From positions 16,722 to 80,721 of the IMG/VR virus record IMGVR_UViG_2061766007_002855: a stretch of 64,000 nucleotides of DNA. The stretch is one strand, 5' to 3'. This DNA comes from a virus. Taxonomy: Duplodnaviria > Caudoviricetes. The notes beneath the pieces are model-generated. The model made no database searches, was not told where the DNA came from, and saw only the letters and a list, made by a program, of their open reading frames with translations. Position numbers and translations under genes: made by a program. Shown here piece after piece: positions 17,925 through 28,226 of the stretch (its first letter is position 1; each line of letters starts with the position of its first letter).

Positions 17925-19124
17925 CTATTCTTTTTCACTAATCTTTTCAAGAATACTTGTACGTGAAACTGGTCGACTATCTATATCTGATAATCTATCT
18001 TCAATGTTTGATATTCTATCATTCATTTTCTTGACTTCAGCTTCTTTCTGTTTATACTTGAACTCTAACTCTTGATATTCCGGACTCTTCAAATCAATAT
18101 TATTGACTTTTGCTTCTATAAGTAAACATTGGAAATGTTCAACATATTTCTTCAACAATATTGTTGGATCATCAAGGAAATATGCTGCACGAGTTGAAGA
18201 TTTGGTCCTGCCCTGGAGTGCATCAATATCTGATTCACTCATACCTGATTTCTTCAAATGATTTGAATGAAATTTCCTCATCATATGACTTCTGAACCTG
18301 TTGAATCCATCACTAGCTTGACCCATATCAAATTGGTCATTGTATCTGTAGAATGCAACTGGAAGATAGTTCTCTGCTTTGTTGAATAATTTATCCTCCT
18401 CAGATAAGTCAATTAACTTAACTTGGCCATCTTCTGTTGTTTGAATCCTATCAGTCAGCAAGTATTCAACAATCTTAGACACAGCTTCAGGGCTACAAAA
18501 TGTATAATAATACTTGTTTGTTTTTTCCCTTTTGAGTTTAAAAGTAGGAATAACATTCTCCATGTCTTTTAAAACATTTAATGCTTCAACAATATCATCT
18601 TTTTTATGGAAGGGATATGTTGCTTTTTTGAATTGGCCTATGGTCATTTCGATTGTTTCTTTTCTTGCACAACCTGAACTTGTCATGAAGACCAGGACTG
18701 CTTGAAACCATAATGGTGAAACATGCATGATTTTTGATATCTCTTCATGTGTTGGAAGTTCATCAAAAGTTGGATCACCTGGTTTGTTGAAGCTTCGGCT
18801 ATTTGGTTTGGCGAGGTCTCCGATTTCAATTTCATAATATTTGTATACAGATTTTACTTCAACGAAATATTGTTGTGCGGTGTTTTTCCGGTATTTCTGT
18901 ATTAGATGGGAACGGTAGTTTAATAGTCTTTTTTTGAGTTTTCTTCGTTTCCATATAATATTATTGTCTTCTTCTGTCTCTGCTTCTTCAATGAGTTCTT
19001 GCATTGTTTTTCCACAGAATTTAGAGTAATGGTTTATTGACCTGAGGTATGATTCTTGGGTTTTTGGACTGTGTCCTTTGACAATGAAGAAATCTTGAAG
19101 AAATTCTTTATTGTTCATGTTCAT
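17925..19124 (-). CDS. int: tyrosine recombinase/integrase
   Basis: N-terminal SAM-like region; catalytic pattern SGCAR, RSHMMRK (HxxR), LQGR and final Tyr (AAYF). Confidence 0.9.
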   Translation of the reverse strand: MNMNNKEFLQDFFIVKGHSPKTQESYLRSINHYSKFCGKTMQELIEEAETEEDNNIIWKRRKLKKRLLNYRSHLIQKYRKNTAQQYFVEVKSVYKYYEIEIGDLAKPNSRSFNKPGDPTFDELPTHEEISKIMHVSPLWFQAVLVFMTSSGCARKETIEMTIGQFKKATYPFHKKDDIVEALNVLKDMENVIPTFKLKREKTNKYYYTFCSPEAVSKIVEYLLTDRIQTTEDGQVKLIDLSEEDKLFNKAENYLPVAFYRYNDQFDMGQASDGFNRFRSHMMRKFHSNHLKKSGMSESDIDALQGRTKSSTRAAYFLDDPTILLKKYVEHFQCLLIEAKVNNIDLKSPEYQELEFKYKQKEAEVKKMNDRISNIEDRLSDIDSRPVSRTSILEKISEKE

Positions 19125-19164
19125 AATTTCTATCTCTCATTTCTATTTTAATGTTGAGAGAGAG

Positions 19165-19596
19165 CATTTGAAAAGTAATATTTTGTATTGCTCTTCAAAT
19201 GGGTTTATCATATTTCAGGTCATATGGTATATATAGTCTATGAAATATGATAACATTTTAATTGTTTATCATATTCATAGTAATATAGTATAAATATTCT
19301 CCTAAATATGATTAACAATTGTGCCCTCTCTGTTTGGTTATTTCTGTGTTTTGAGAGATAAATAACTAATTATACAATGATGTACTTTTTTGTACATCAA
19401 AGTTTTTAGTTCACAATTGTTATATAGCATTTTATAACACATAGTATAAAAACTTTTAGGACAACCCAAAAAAAATAAGGGGGCCAACCAACTACAAAAT
19501 GTAGTCAATTGACCCCCTAAAGTATAAAACAAAATCCCATCACAAAAAAATATCCAAACAATTGAAGCAAAATAGAATTCATGAGAGTGCTCTCAT
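19165..19596. repeat. palindrome-rich non-coding region upstream of the recombinase (candidate attP/operators)
   Basis: CATTTGAA/TTCAAATG (19165/19194); ATATGATAAC..GTTTATCATAT (19245-19274) plus third copy at 19203; TGATGTAC-T6-GTACATCA (19378-19399); TGTTATA/TATAACA (19418/19433); ACTACA-AAA-TGTAGT; ATGAGAG-TG-CTCTCAT (19581-19596). Confidence 0.55.
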
Positions 19597-19818
19597 AAAT
19601 AACAATTCTACATGTCTAAATAAAATTATTATCTTACCAATATCATTCTTTTATAAATTAATAAACATAGGAATATTTATTTTAAAATATTTAGTTTTAC
19701 ATCCAACAACATTTCACATTTTCTGCTACTACCGGCTAGATGATCCATTTAACTTCCAAGATATTTTCTTCCAGGAATAATGTTTTCTACAATAATATAA
19801 TATAATCTACCTTTGATA

Positions 19819-19980
19819 CTATTGTAACATTTTCAACTCCGCTTCACAAGCTTTAATTTCTCTACCAACTTCCAAAGCTTCATCCGTCAAATCCGCATGC
19901 TGCATAAACTTCGCATGCCTACGCTTAAGATTACGGATTTTAGTTTCAAGAAGCACTTTCCTCTCATTCTTATCTAACAT
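19819..19980 (-). CDS. small helical protein (53 aa, not in ORF track)
   Basis: GGTGG RBS then MLDKNERKVLLETKIRNLKRRHAKF...LKMLQ*. Confidence 0.6.
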   Translation of the reverse strand: MLDKNERKVLLETKIRNLKRRHAKFMQHADLTDEALEVGREIKACEAELKMLQ

Positions 19981-19994
19981 AAAAAACCACCATT

Positions 19995-20183
19995 TTATTG
20001 GACATATTTATCATAAACAAGTTTAGATTCATCAGTAATATCATGTTTATGTCTTGCCTCATTTATCGCAACTTGTTTTTCCAGAACTTCATCGGTAAAA
20101 CCAACTTCTTCCATTAACTTATTAACCTTTGCTTGTTTACGATTCAAATTCCATCCAATAACTTTCTTAATAGGATTAAACAT
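19995..20183 (-). CDS. hypothetical protein
   Basis: 62-aa ORF just downstream of endolysin. Confidence 0.65.
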   Translation of the reverse strand: MFNPIKKVIGWNLNRKQAKVNKLMEEVGFTDEVLEKQVAINEARHKHDITDESKLVYDKYVQ

Positions 20184-20189
20184 AAAGAT

Positions 20190-21956
20190 TTACCCCCTTG
20201 TAATTACCATAACACTTTTCTGTGAAATTCCATTAATATAACTCTGGAATTCAGATTTAGAACGATATTCAATATATCCACAATAACAATCATTACATGA
20301 CCTGTAACCTAAACTGTTCTGGACATTAATGTTACTGTCATTCACAGCATTAATAACTTCATAATGGCCGTCAGACAGACGATAGAGATTATGTATAATA
20401 CAATCTTGATTCTTGGACTCAATAATCTTTTTAACTCCACTCCAACCAAGTTCACTAAAACTATACCATTTGACAGATAATTTCACACCTAATTGTTTAG
20501 CTGCTTTTGCAATTGCAGTTTCCAAACCTTGATGATCTGTACCTCCACTACCAGTTCCAGCCCATCCTGCAAGTGTAGCTTGAGGAATCACTTTACCAGT
20601 TAAGTTTCGTATACATTCCTGCATACTGTGAGGACCACAATAAACTCCGTTATTCTGGCCCATATTGTTACAGCCGGATTTGGTTGCATGGCCGTATTTG
20701 GATTTAGTAGTTGAAGTATTAGTTTTTGAACTGGAAGAAGATGATGATGCTGTGAATCTACCGGAATTATAAGTACAATAATTAGGTAAAGTCTTATTAT
20801 GGCCGTAATACCAGACAATGATTCTTGCCAATGCATCAATACTTACACGTGGCCGGACTTTCTTCTTAGATTTCACGCTAGTCACATAATTAGGTGCTTG
20901 GCCATGTTCTTTAATATACTGCACAACCCTTTTGGATTGATTCTGGAAATCAGATGGATAAATATCTTCGTTAATGGTATCTCCGGTTGCTTTAACGCAA
21001 GTTTTAACACTTGGAACAGCAGATAAATTTTTTCCAAGATTATTAACATGCCATGATAAAATATACCATACTTGAGGCCAAGTATACTTCACATTAGCAA
21101 CAGTTACTGAGGAGGGTAACTTCTTATTAGCTTCAACATATTTCTTCACAGTAGTGGCCATAGCTTTAATATTAGCTGCGGAAATACCAGTAGATTTAGT
21201 TGTAGTTTTAGTTGTGGTTTTGTCTTGCAATGAAGTGAAATTAACATTTGGTGATAAACCATAACGGAACAATATTATTCCTTTTGCACCATTACTTATG
21301 CATGTTTTAGCATCAGTTAATATTTCATTGGCAGATAATGCGGTTGGATTATCATCAGATTTATATGATTGCAGACCACTCCAAATCTTTGCTTTAGCGC
21401 TGAAGAATTTTGTAGTAGATTTCAACCAATCAGTACCAGCTTTGTAGTTACCTTTGTACTGCATTGGAATGATTGCATCAACAGTTTTAGCTAATGCATC
21501 AATGTCTTGCCCATAATATTTCTTGCATTCTGTTTCAGGCATTACTGCACATGAAAGAAATGTTTTTGGATTTTGTTTGCGGACAGTTTTCACAAAATTA
21601 GTGATTGCATCTGCACCACCAGATGTTTTATATGCAGTTCCAGGATATCTTAAATAATCAAGATGAATCCCTTTAACATTAACTATAGCAGCATATTTCT
21701 TGATCTCTTTTAACTTCGCATTCAAGTTAGTTGTTTTAGGGTTATGCCAACTTCCATCATAGAAGCATTGCACCCAAATATGCACGTTAATATTATTATT
21801 TTTTGCTTTTTTAATCCAAGATGTGACCTTGGATTCTCCATGTGCTGTGAAAGCATAATAGTTTAAGAATATATCTGTAACTCCATTCTTATGTAGAGTT
21901 TCAAGGTTTACCTTATTCATATCTGCTCCAAACAGCCAATAACCAAAATTTTTCAT
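20190..21956 (-). CDS. endolysin: glycoside-hydrolase-like TIM barrel + pseudomurein-binding repeats + C39-like cysteine peptidase
   Basis: GIHLDYLRYPG barrel motif; PMBR-like AMATTVKKYVEANKKLPSSV and QSKRVVQYIKEHGQAPNYV; YCGPHS...GHYEVI. Confidence 0.8.
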   Translation of the reverse strand: MKNFGYWLFGADMNKVNLETLHKNGVTDIFLNYYAFTAHGESKVTSWIKKAKNNNINVHIWVQCFYDGSWHNPKTTNLNAKLKEIKKYAAIVNVKGIHLDYLRYPGTAYKTSGGADAITNFVKTVRKQNPKTFLSCAVMPETECKKYYGQDIDALAKTVDAIIPMQYKGNYKAGTDWLKSTTKFFSAKAKIWSGLQSYKSDDNPTALSANEILTDAKTCISNGAKGIILFRYGLSPNVNFTSLQDKTTTKTTTKSTGISAANIKAMATTVKKYVEANKKLPSSVTVANVKYTWPQVWYILSWHVNNLGKNLSAVPSVKTCVKATGDTINEDIYPSDFQNQSKRVVQYIKEHGQAPNYVTSVKSKKKVRPRVSIDALARIIVWYYGHNKTLPNYCTYNSGRFTASSSSSSSKTNTSTTKSKYGHATKSGCNNMGQNNGVYCGPHSMQECIRNLTGKVIPQATLAGWAGTGSGGTDHQGLETAIAKAAKQLGVKLSVKWYSFSELGWSGVKKIIESKNQDCIIHNLYRLSDGHYEVINAVNDSNINVQNSLGYRSCNDCYCGYIEYRSKSEFQSYINGISQKSVMVITRG

Positions 21957-22118
21957 AAATGTATTCTCCTTTTTATTATTTATTTTTATTTTACTGTGTT
22001 TGAATGCTTATTATCGATAATGCATTCTTTATTTACTAGATAACAACATTTTTCAAGGTTATGGTCGCATGTTCTACGATAACAGCAACCATCACAAAAA
22101 TCAGTATTTCGTTTCATT

Positions 22119-23114
22119 TTAACCAACAAAAAAAGTAAGTGACATTGGAACCCATAAATTTTTAGGGATAGTATATTCCCCCTTATTATTGGAATCAGTA
22201 AACCTACCTATTACTACTGCACCACTCTCCCAAATTTGAACATTTGCTCTTTGTTTTGAACTTGTTTGAATTACCCAATTTTCAGTTTTAGATGGATAAA
22301 ATCGAGAATCTGGCAACATAAACACGTTAATATAATCTGTATAGTTCAGTAATGGGTAAGTAGTAAGAGCTTTTGCAGTACCTCGAATATGAACTACATT
22401 TCCAATTCTGCGAGCAGACGGTTTATTGTTTGTATCATATACTCCAAAAATAGGATCCTCAAAATCAGTAATCTCTACCCATCCAGTATCATATTTTACA
22501 TTACATTGTACTTTCTGATTGTTCACTTGAAATGTTACAATCCCCTCAGTTTCAGCAGTATAAACTGAGGAAAAAATACCTTGATTATTAGTAGTTCCAG
22601 TTTTCCATAATGTCCCATTTTTATAGATAATTACTTGATGACCAGATACGGGAGTATTGTTCATATTAGTAACTTTAACAGAAATTGTAGATTGTTTATC
22701 TGGTAAAATATCACTTCCCCTATTCATATTATAATTTGAGGCAGTGATATCATAATTATACAAATCTGTGATTGATTTTTTTAAATGAGTGTGACTTGCT
22801 TTAGCAAAACCATCTGATTGAATACCTCCTAATGTTGTTGCGTTAATTGTTGCAACTTCATCAGTATTAGCTAATATTTCATCAATAGTTAAACCAGCAA
22901 GACTACTATTCTCATCAAATTGAGTATAATCCTCATTCAAGGTATCTAACTTTGCTTTTAATTCATCAAATTGAGTTTTATTAGTTACTTGGATGCTATC
23001 AATTGTTTGACCATTATCTGCAACTACAATTACACGAGCACCAATAACATTATCATCTTCACGATTATAAACTTCAGTTTCAAAACTAGTCATATTTACA
23101 TCCCTCCAAATCAT
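22119..23114 (-). CDS. tail fibre/receptor-binding-like protein with Ig-like domain
   Basis: ISVKVTNMNNTPVSGHQV Ig-like segment; DTGWVEI...RRIGNVVHIRG C-terminal pattern of minor tail proteins; start probably MTSFET. Confidence 0.6.
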   Translation of the reverse strand: MIWRDVNMTSFETEVYNREDDNVIGARVIVVADNGQTIDSIQVTNKTQFDELKAKLDTLNEDYTQFDENSSLAGLTIDEILANTDEVATINATTLGGIQSDGFAKASHTHLKKSITDLYNYDITASNYNMNRGSDILPDKQSTISVKVTNMNNTPVSGHQVIIYKNGTLWKTGTTNNQGIFSSVYTAETEGIVTFQVNNQKVQCNVKYDTGWVEITDFEDPIFGVYDTNNKPSARRIGNVVHIRGTAKALTTYPLLNYTDYINVFMLPDSRFYPSKTENWVIQTSSKQRANVQIWESGAVVIGRFTDSNNKGEYTIPKNLWVPMSLTFFVG

Positions 23115-25594
23115 GTTTTGTATTCAAAGTAATTTTGTCTGATTATCATTTGCTTATCTTTATTGGTTCTTTTAGCACGATAACCTAATGCAATACCAGT
23201 ATCTTCAAGGTTTGGAGTGTAAATGACAACTAATTTATCTCCAGCATTCAAGATGGTTTCTGAATTATTATTTAAGGTTGGGAAATTGATTGTATGATTA
23301 ATGTAATCTACTGTGAAGTCAATGTCTTCACGTTTTTCTTTACCATTCAATAATACTTGGCGAATTGGATCAACAGCAGAGACACGAAGAACAACATTAC
23401 GATTTTCCAATTCAGAATCAGATATGATGAAAGTTTCCTTGAAATAATCTAATATTAAACCTTCACCTTCTTCACGGAGACCAACTTCTTCATTTGTTAA
23501 ATCTTGAATGAATACTGGATTGTAACTTATACTCAGGTTTCCAACTGGGATATCGGTGATTACATCATTTGTAGAATCAGAATAAAACTTAAGAATATCA
23601 TTATCATAATCAAAAGTAAAATCTAACCATTCACCATATGATTGGACTTCAGTATCCCCATCAGGTTGGATTAAACATTGTTTAATTGGATAAGCCGGAC
23701 TATTAGTGAATTGTATACCCTCTTCAAAGCTTAATAAATCAGTAACAGTTTTATTATCCTTTGTATAAGTATAAGGTTTAACATAAATGTTTTCGGCTTT
23801 TAAAAGATTCAATGCAACTGGAGAATCAATTAAATATTGATATCTTACATCTAAGTCTTCATCAGTAATCTTTTCAACATCAAGTCCAGGGATTGTTGGT
23901 TGCAATACATTATCTTCATCAAGATAAGTGTAATCAGATAATTCTTCTGCAGTAATGATTGTGAAATGTTCTGTGAATAATCTTTCTTGGATCACTTCAA
24001 CACTACCAGTTACTCCAGGTTCTGCTGTGAATGGAGCGTAAATACGGCCCCAAACATTTGCACCAAGCATTGGTGAAAGTTTCGGATAATAGAATAAAGT
24101 TCTCGCATACATCTCTGATGGGGAATCAAGAGTAAGTGATACAATGAATTTTTCAATATATGGAGTGACTTCAGTAGTAGTGCTTCCTGATGGTAATGCT
24201 GCTTTCATACGGGCTCTTACAAATACCATATGAGGATATTCTCCAGTTTGACCATCAATTGAAAATCTAGCTTTATAATTTTCATCAAGAGTACGCCAAC
24301 TATTAGGTTTACCTGTAGAAGAAACTTCAAAAATCAATTCATTATTATTACTATTCTCATTTCCTCCAACACGGATTGGATTAATAGTAACTTCTTTAAC
24401 AGGATTGGTGATAATTGGATTTAAGTATAAGAAATATTCTTCAGTAGTATCACGGCCACTAGTATATTCACGGATGTGACATTGGAAAGCAAAATCCTGT
24501 GGAGTTAGTTGACCAAATTTATATTGTACTTTCAAATCATTACGGCCATAACGCATAAATCCTTTACCATTATTTTCAGATAAGAATGCATCTCCACCAG
24601 CATATTTCTGGTCTCTTGCACAATTACGGCCCCATCCCCCCCATCTTGGGCAATGGTCATAATGACTTAATGGACTGAATAATACAATAGCATATTTTTC
24701 ACCAGCATTAACAGTAATAGCTTTATCCAAAAGGAAATTTTGGAAGCTTGGACTTGTTTTAGTTGGATAATAAATACTTTGTGCTAATGGTTTTTTAGGA
24801 CTTCCACTTGGCCATGCAACATATTCATATTGTTTAGGATTATATGATACTGCTTTTTTCTTTGTTTTATTCCAGTAAGTTCTCTCAACTTTTTTCTGTT
24901 TTGTTTTCCAGATTTGAACAATTAATGGACTTCCCCAGTTACTGGAGGTAGTACCATTATTTTCAAGTTTTAAATCAACAGATTCAAGTTTACCATCTGT
25001 AATGCCATTTGGTATTGTGAAAGTTTGAGCTCTTACAACAGAAGGGATTTCCTCATCAAAACAATCAGCTAACCAATCAGGCCGTACTTGATATGATTTA
25101 CTTTTATCATAACCCACATACCATGCACTATTACAACCTTGATTTGCAGCAATAGTTCTGCAATCAAGATTAACTGTACTTTCCATAACCATTGGGACAC
25201 AGGCCCTCATTTGCTCTCCAGTAATAACGCCATTTGTTTTAACAGGAATAGTTTCAAAAGCACAATCACTATTGTTTTCATCAATGATTGTGAAATCTGT
25301 GAAATCAACAATTACTTCTTCAGCAAGATCATCATTAAAAGTAACAGTATTCTTCCTAGAATCCTCACCACTATTTAACTTACAACCCCAACTATTCAGG
25401 GAATCTAAGACAATTGGTGAAAACCTTTTCCTCACAGCAGGAGGAGTCAGATATTCTAATTCTTCAACTTTCTTTTTCAACCATTCATCATTCTTACAAT
25501 TCTGCTCAGCCCATTGAACAGTAGGATACATTTGTTCTGAGAATGATTTAATTTCACTTAACTTTTTATATTCAGCAGGACAATTATCAACCAT
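23111..25594 (-). CDS. large tail/baseplate-associated structural protein
   Basis: 827 aa, beta-rich, position in tail module. Confidence 0.65.
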   Translation of the reverse strand: MVDNCPAEYKKLSEIKSFSEQMYPTVQWAEQNCKNDEWLKKKVEELEYLTPPAVRKRFSPIVLDSLNSWGCKLNSGEDSRKNTVTFNDDLAEEVIVDFTDFTIIDENNSDCAFETIPVKTNGVITGEQMRACVPMVMESTVNLDCRTIAANQGCNSAWYVGYDKSKSYQVRPDWLADCFDEEIPSVVRAQTFTIPNGITDGKLESVDLKLENNGTTSSNWGSPLIVQIWKTKQKKVERTYWNKTKKKAVSYNPKQYEYVAWPSGSPKKPLAQSIYYPTKTSPSFQNFLLDKAITVNAGEKYAIVLFSPLSHYDHCPRWGGWGRNCARDQKYAGGDAFLSENNGKGFMRYGRNDLKVQYKFGQLTPQDFAFQCHIREYTSGRDTTEEYFLYLNPIITNPVKEVTINPIRVGGNENSNNNELIFEVSSTGKPNSWRTLDENYKARFSIDGQTGEYPHMVFVRARMKAALPSGSTTTEVTPYIEKFIVSLTLDSPSEMYARTLFYYPKLSPMLGANVWGRIYAPFTAEPGVTGSVEVIQERLFTEHFTIITAEELSDYTYLDEDNVLQPTIPGLDVEKITDEDLDVRYQYLIDSPVALNLLKAENIYVKPYTYTKDNKTVTDLLSFEEGIQFTNSPAYPIKQCLIQPDGDTEVQSYGEWLDFTFDYDNDILKFYSDSTNDVITDIPVGNLSISYNPVFIQDLTNEEVGLREEGEGLILDYFKETFIISDSELENRNVVLRVSAVDPIRQVLLNGKEKREDIDFTVDYINHTINFPTLNNNSETILNAGDKLVVIYTPNLEDTGIALGYRAKRTNKDKQMIIRQNYFEYKT

Positions 25595-25600
25595 ACATTA

Positions 25601-26233
25601 TCACCTTGTTGCAATTAAAATCTTCAAATCATTCGGATCACTATTATTAATCGTACGAATAAACAAAGTCTTCGTATTATCATCATAAAAATAAGCACCA
25701 GTAGCAGATTTCAAAGCATTTAAAGTTTTAACACCTTTATACCCATTAATTGATTTAGCAACACCGCTAACTTCTTCAGAAACACCAACAACAGGATTCT
25801 CTTCAACAGTAAAATAAATATTATACCTTGTATTACCAGTATCAGCACTTGAATAATGCTGCCAATTACTCCTTTGACTACTGGTTAACAAATCAATAGT
25901 ATAAGTGACTTCAACACTATCAATATCATTAGTTATGAAAGAATCATTGATAGCATCATAAACATCATGACTTATCAATACATCACCACTAACTGCACCA
26001 ATCTCAGTAGTGCCTAGAATCTCTTTTGCAGTGCAACTACAACTTAAATTAATCTGTTTAGTTTCAAGATTAACTTCACAAACACATTTTTTCCGGACAG
26101 TCTCATTTCCAAGACTAATATCCGATTTCATAGCAACAATACTACTATTACCAAAAACAAGATATTCTATAGGAGTAAATTCATTATTTATAATCCTGTT
26201 CAATAGAAATGATTCACCTAACAATGTAATCAT
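25601..26233 (-). CDS. tail fibre attachment/baseplate-associated protein (putative)
   Basis: IEYLVFGNS...DISLGNETVRK resembles N-termini of tail-collar/fibre proteins. Confidence 0.5.
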   Translation of the reverse strand: MITLLGESFLLNRIINNEFTPIEYLVFGNSSIVAMKSDISLGNETVRKKCVCEVNLETKQINLSCSCTAKEILGTTEIGAVSGDVLISHDVYDAINDSFITNDIDSVEVTYTIDLLTSSQRSNWQHYSSADTGNTRYNIYFTVEENPVVGVSEEVSGVAKSINGYKGVKTLNALKSATGAYFYDDNTKTLFIRTINNSDPNDLKILIATR

Positions 26234-26496
26234 ATGAATTTCACCTCAGAGTTATTAATTTTCAATTTTGTATTAACATTAACCTGATTAGATTCCCCTA
26301 CAGTTTCAGAAGATTGGATTAAGTTAATATGAATCTTTTTTGTTGGGGAAATCAGTTTTTGCAACCTAATTGTAAGGTTAGGTACATTTTCACGTGAAAT
26401 GTTCGCAGGTATTTTGTTCGGGTCGAAATATAGATCATAATTGTTTGGTGTCATATATGGCTCATGCCAGAAATGTTTGCAATGTTTATTTACCAT
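26230..26496 (-). CDS. hypothetical protein
   Basis: 88 aa, 4-nt overlap. Confidence 0.6.
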   Translation of the reverse strand: MVNKHCKHFWHEPYMTPNNYDLYFDPNKIPANISRENVPNLTIRLQKLISPTKKIHINLIQSSETVGESNQVNVNTKLKINNSEVKFI

Positions 26497-26535
26497 AATT
26501 ATGACTTCCCTTTTTTATTTTAAAAAAAGAAGATA

Positions 26536-26802
26536 TTATTCTTCAATAATAATATCTTCTTCATAAGTTTCATCATGAATTTCTACAATAACATGATAAT
26601 CTTTTATTGTTGAAGTACCACATCGACCAATACCGTTATTATCAGTTTGTGTTCCGAAAGCGCTTCCATCATCTAATTTGATTGTGATAGGAGTGTTCGG
26701 ATAGTCGGTATGTGCTTCAATTTGGAGCACTTCTATTTGTTGAGTTCTTTTGTCGTCAATTGGTATTTCTTCGGTTTCGATATTATATTCAAGTTTGAAC
26801 AT
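26536..26802 (-). CDS. hypothetical protein
   Basis: 88 aa, GAGGTGA RBS. Confidence 0.7.
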   Translation of the reverse strand: MFKLEYNIETEEIPIDDKRTQQIEVLQIEAHTDYPNTPITIKLDDGSAFGTQTDNNGIGRCGTSTIKDYHVIVEIHDETYEEDIIIEE

Positions 26803-26865
26803 GGTTTTTCACCTCGAGTTTTGATATAAAGTCAAAAGATTTGACTATAAAAATAAAGAAAATAT

Positions 26866-27324
26866 GTAAAAGATAAAGATAATATACTCACATTCAACCA
26901 ATGGAGTGGAACAGACTATGATAAAAATACTACTGGTTTTGCACATTCAACAGATGTTACAATCTATTCCTCATCTGAAAAATCAGTTACAGGGGATTAT
27001 AGTTTAAAAGCAAAAGTAACCGGAAGCGGAAATAGTAAATGGTTTAGAGTAGCCCCTACAATAAGCGATGATAGTTTAACTGACATTACTACTTCACTAA
27101 AAATATTAACCTATGCTAATGCCCAATTATTCATAACTCAATATTCAGGTAGTACTTCAGTTAAATCTAATAATATATCTATCAGCTCATCAGATGATTG
27201 GCAAACAATAACTCTTACAGACACTATAACATCCAGTATTGATAATATCCAGTTCCATATTAGTTTTTATGGAAATCAGGGAGAGGAATGTTATACTGAT
27301 GATTGGAAATTAATCATAACATAA
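26866..27324 (+). CDS. silent cassette 1, CBM/galactose-binding-like domain (no own start)
   Basis: VKDKDNILTFNQWSGTDY...CYTDDWKLIIT*; absent from ORF track. Confidence 0.8.
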   Translation, partial: VKDKDNILTFNQWSGTDYDKNTTGFAHSTDVTIYSSSEKSVTGDYSLKAKVTGSGNSKWFRVAPTISDDSLTDITTSLKILTYANAQLFITQYSGSTSVKSNNISISSSDDWQTITLTDTITSSIDNIQFHISFYGNQGEECYTDDWKLIIT

Positions 27325-27330
27325 TATTTT

Positions 27331-27768
27331 GTAAAAGATAAAAATAATTTGTATCCTTATCAAGTATGGTCTTGTGGGGATTATGATTCCAGTTTGCCTT
27401 TAACTAATTCGGATCATAATGTTTCTATGGAAATATCTGGTGAATATTCTGTGAATGGAAATAAAAGTTTCAAATTCGTGAAATCAAATGAAAATACTGC
27501 ATTTATTATGTATGATTGCCAATTTTCAGAACAAAAACCTTTAACCCTTACAGGGAATATCAACACAAATATTCGTTGTGTTATCGCATTAAGGTTAAGG
27601 AAGGATTCTGAAAATATAACTGTAAATTCTGTAGACATATCTTCTACAGGGAATTTTGAAGTATCTGTTACTCCAACAGAAGAATATGATTATACCCGAC
27701 TATTTATTACAGTATATGGAACTACTGGTAACATCATCTATTTAGATAATCTTAAATTGAGTACTTAG
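27331..27768 (+). CDS. silent cassette 2
   Basis: VKDKNNLYPYQVWSCGDY...IYLDNLKLST*. Confidence 0.8.
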   Translation, partial: VKDKNNLYPYQVWSCGDYDSSLPLTNSDHNVSMEISGEYSVNGNKSFKFVKSNENTAFIMYDCQFSEQKPLTLTGNINTNIRCVIALRLRKDSENITVNSVDISSTGNFEVSVTPTEEYDYTRLFITVYGTTGNIIYLDNLKLST

Positions 27769-28226
27769 TAAAAGATAAAACCAACATTTTATCTATAAAT
27801 TTATGGAGCGGAGGGGAATTAAATGATTCCGTTTCTTCCTCTGAAATTACATTAGTAGGATACTCCGCAACAGCATCTAATGAATTTGCAAGTAATGGAT
27901 ATAAAAGTTTAAATTTAACAAAAACAACTAATTCCTCAGATTACGTTAGAATACCATTTGATATATCTGAAACTTCCAGTTTAACATGTAAATTAGATAT
28001 ATTCACACCAAATTGTAGTTGTACTGTAATGTTATTGCAATACAATAGCAGCAATACTCTGGTTAATCAAACATCTGTTACTGTAAATCAAAGCAATGAA
28101 AAATCATCAGTCCTTATTGAACCTTCATTACAGGAAACATGTACTCATTGTAATATTCAAATTAGGGAAAATGATACTACTCAAGGAGTCTCCTTTTGGG
28201 TAGACAATATTCAATGTTATCAGTAA
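27768..28226 (+). CDS. silent cassette 3
   Basis: VKDKTNILSINLWSGGEL...FWVDNIQCYQ*. Confidence 0.8.
   Translation, partial: VKDKTNILSINLWSGGELNDSVSSSEITLVGYSATASNEFASNGYKSLNLTKTTNSSDYVRIPFDISETSSLTCKLDIFTPNCSCTVMLLQYNSSNTLVNQTSVTVNQSNEKSSVLIEPSLQETCTHCNIQIRENDTTQGVSFWVDNIQCYQ

Noticed and set aside
19338-19780. ORFs 19338-19532 (-) and 19562-19780 (+)
   Set aside because: Low-complexity Ile/Phe/Tyr-rich translations without RBS, lying in a palindrome-rich regulatory-looking region.
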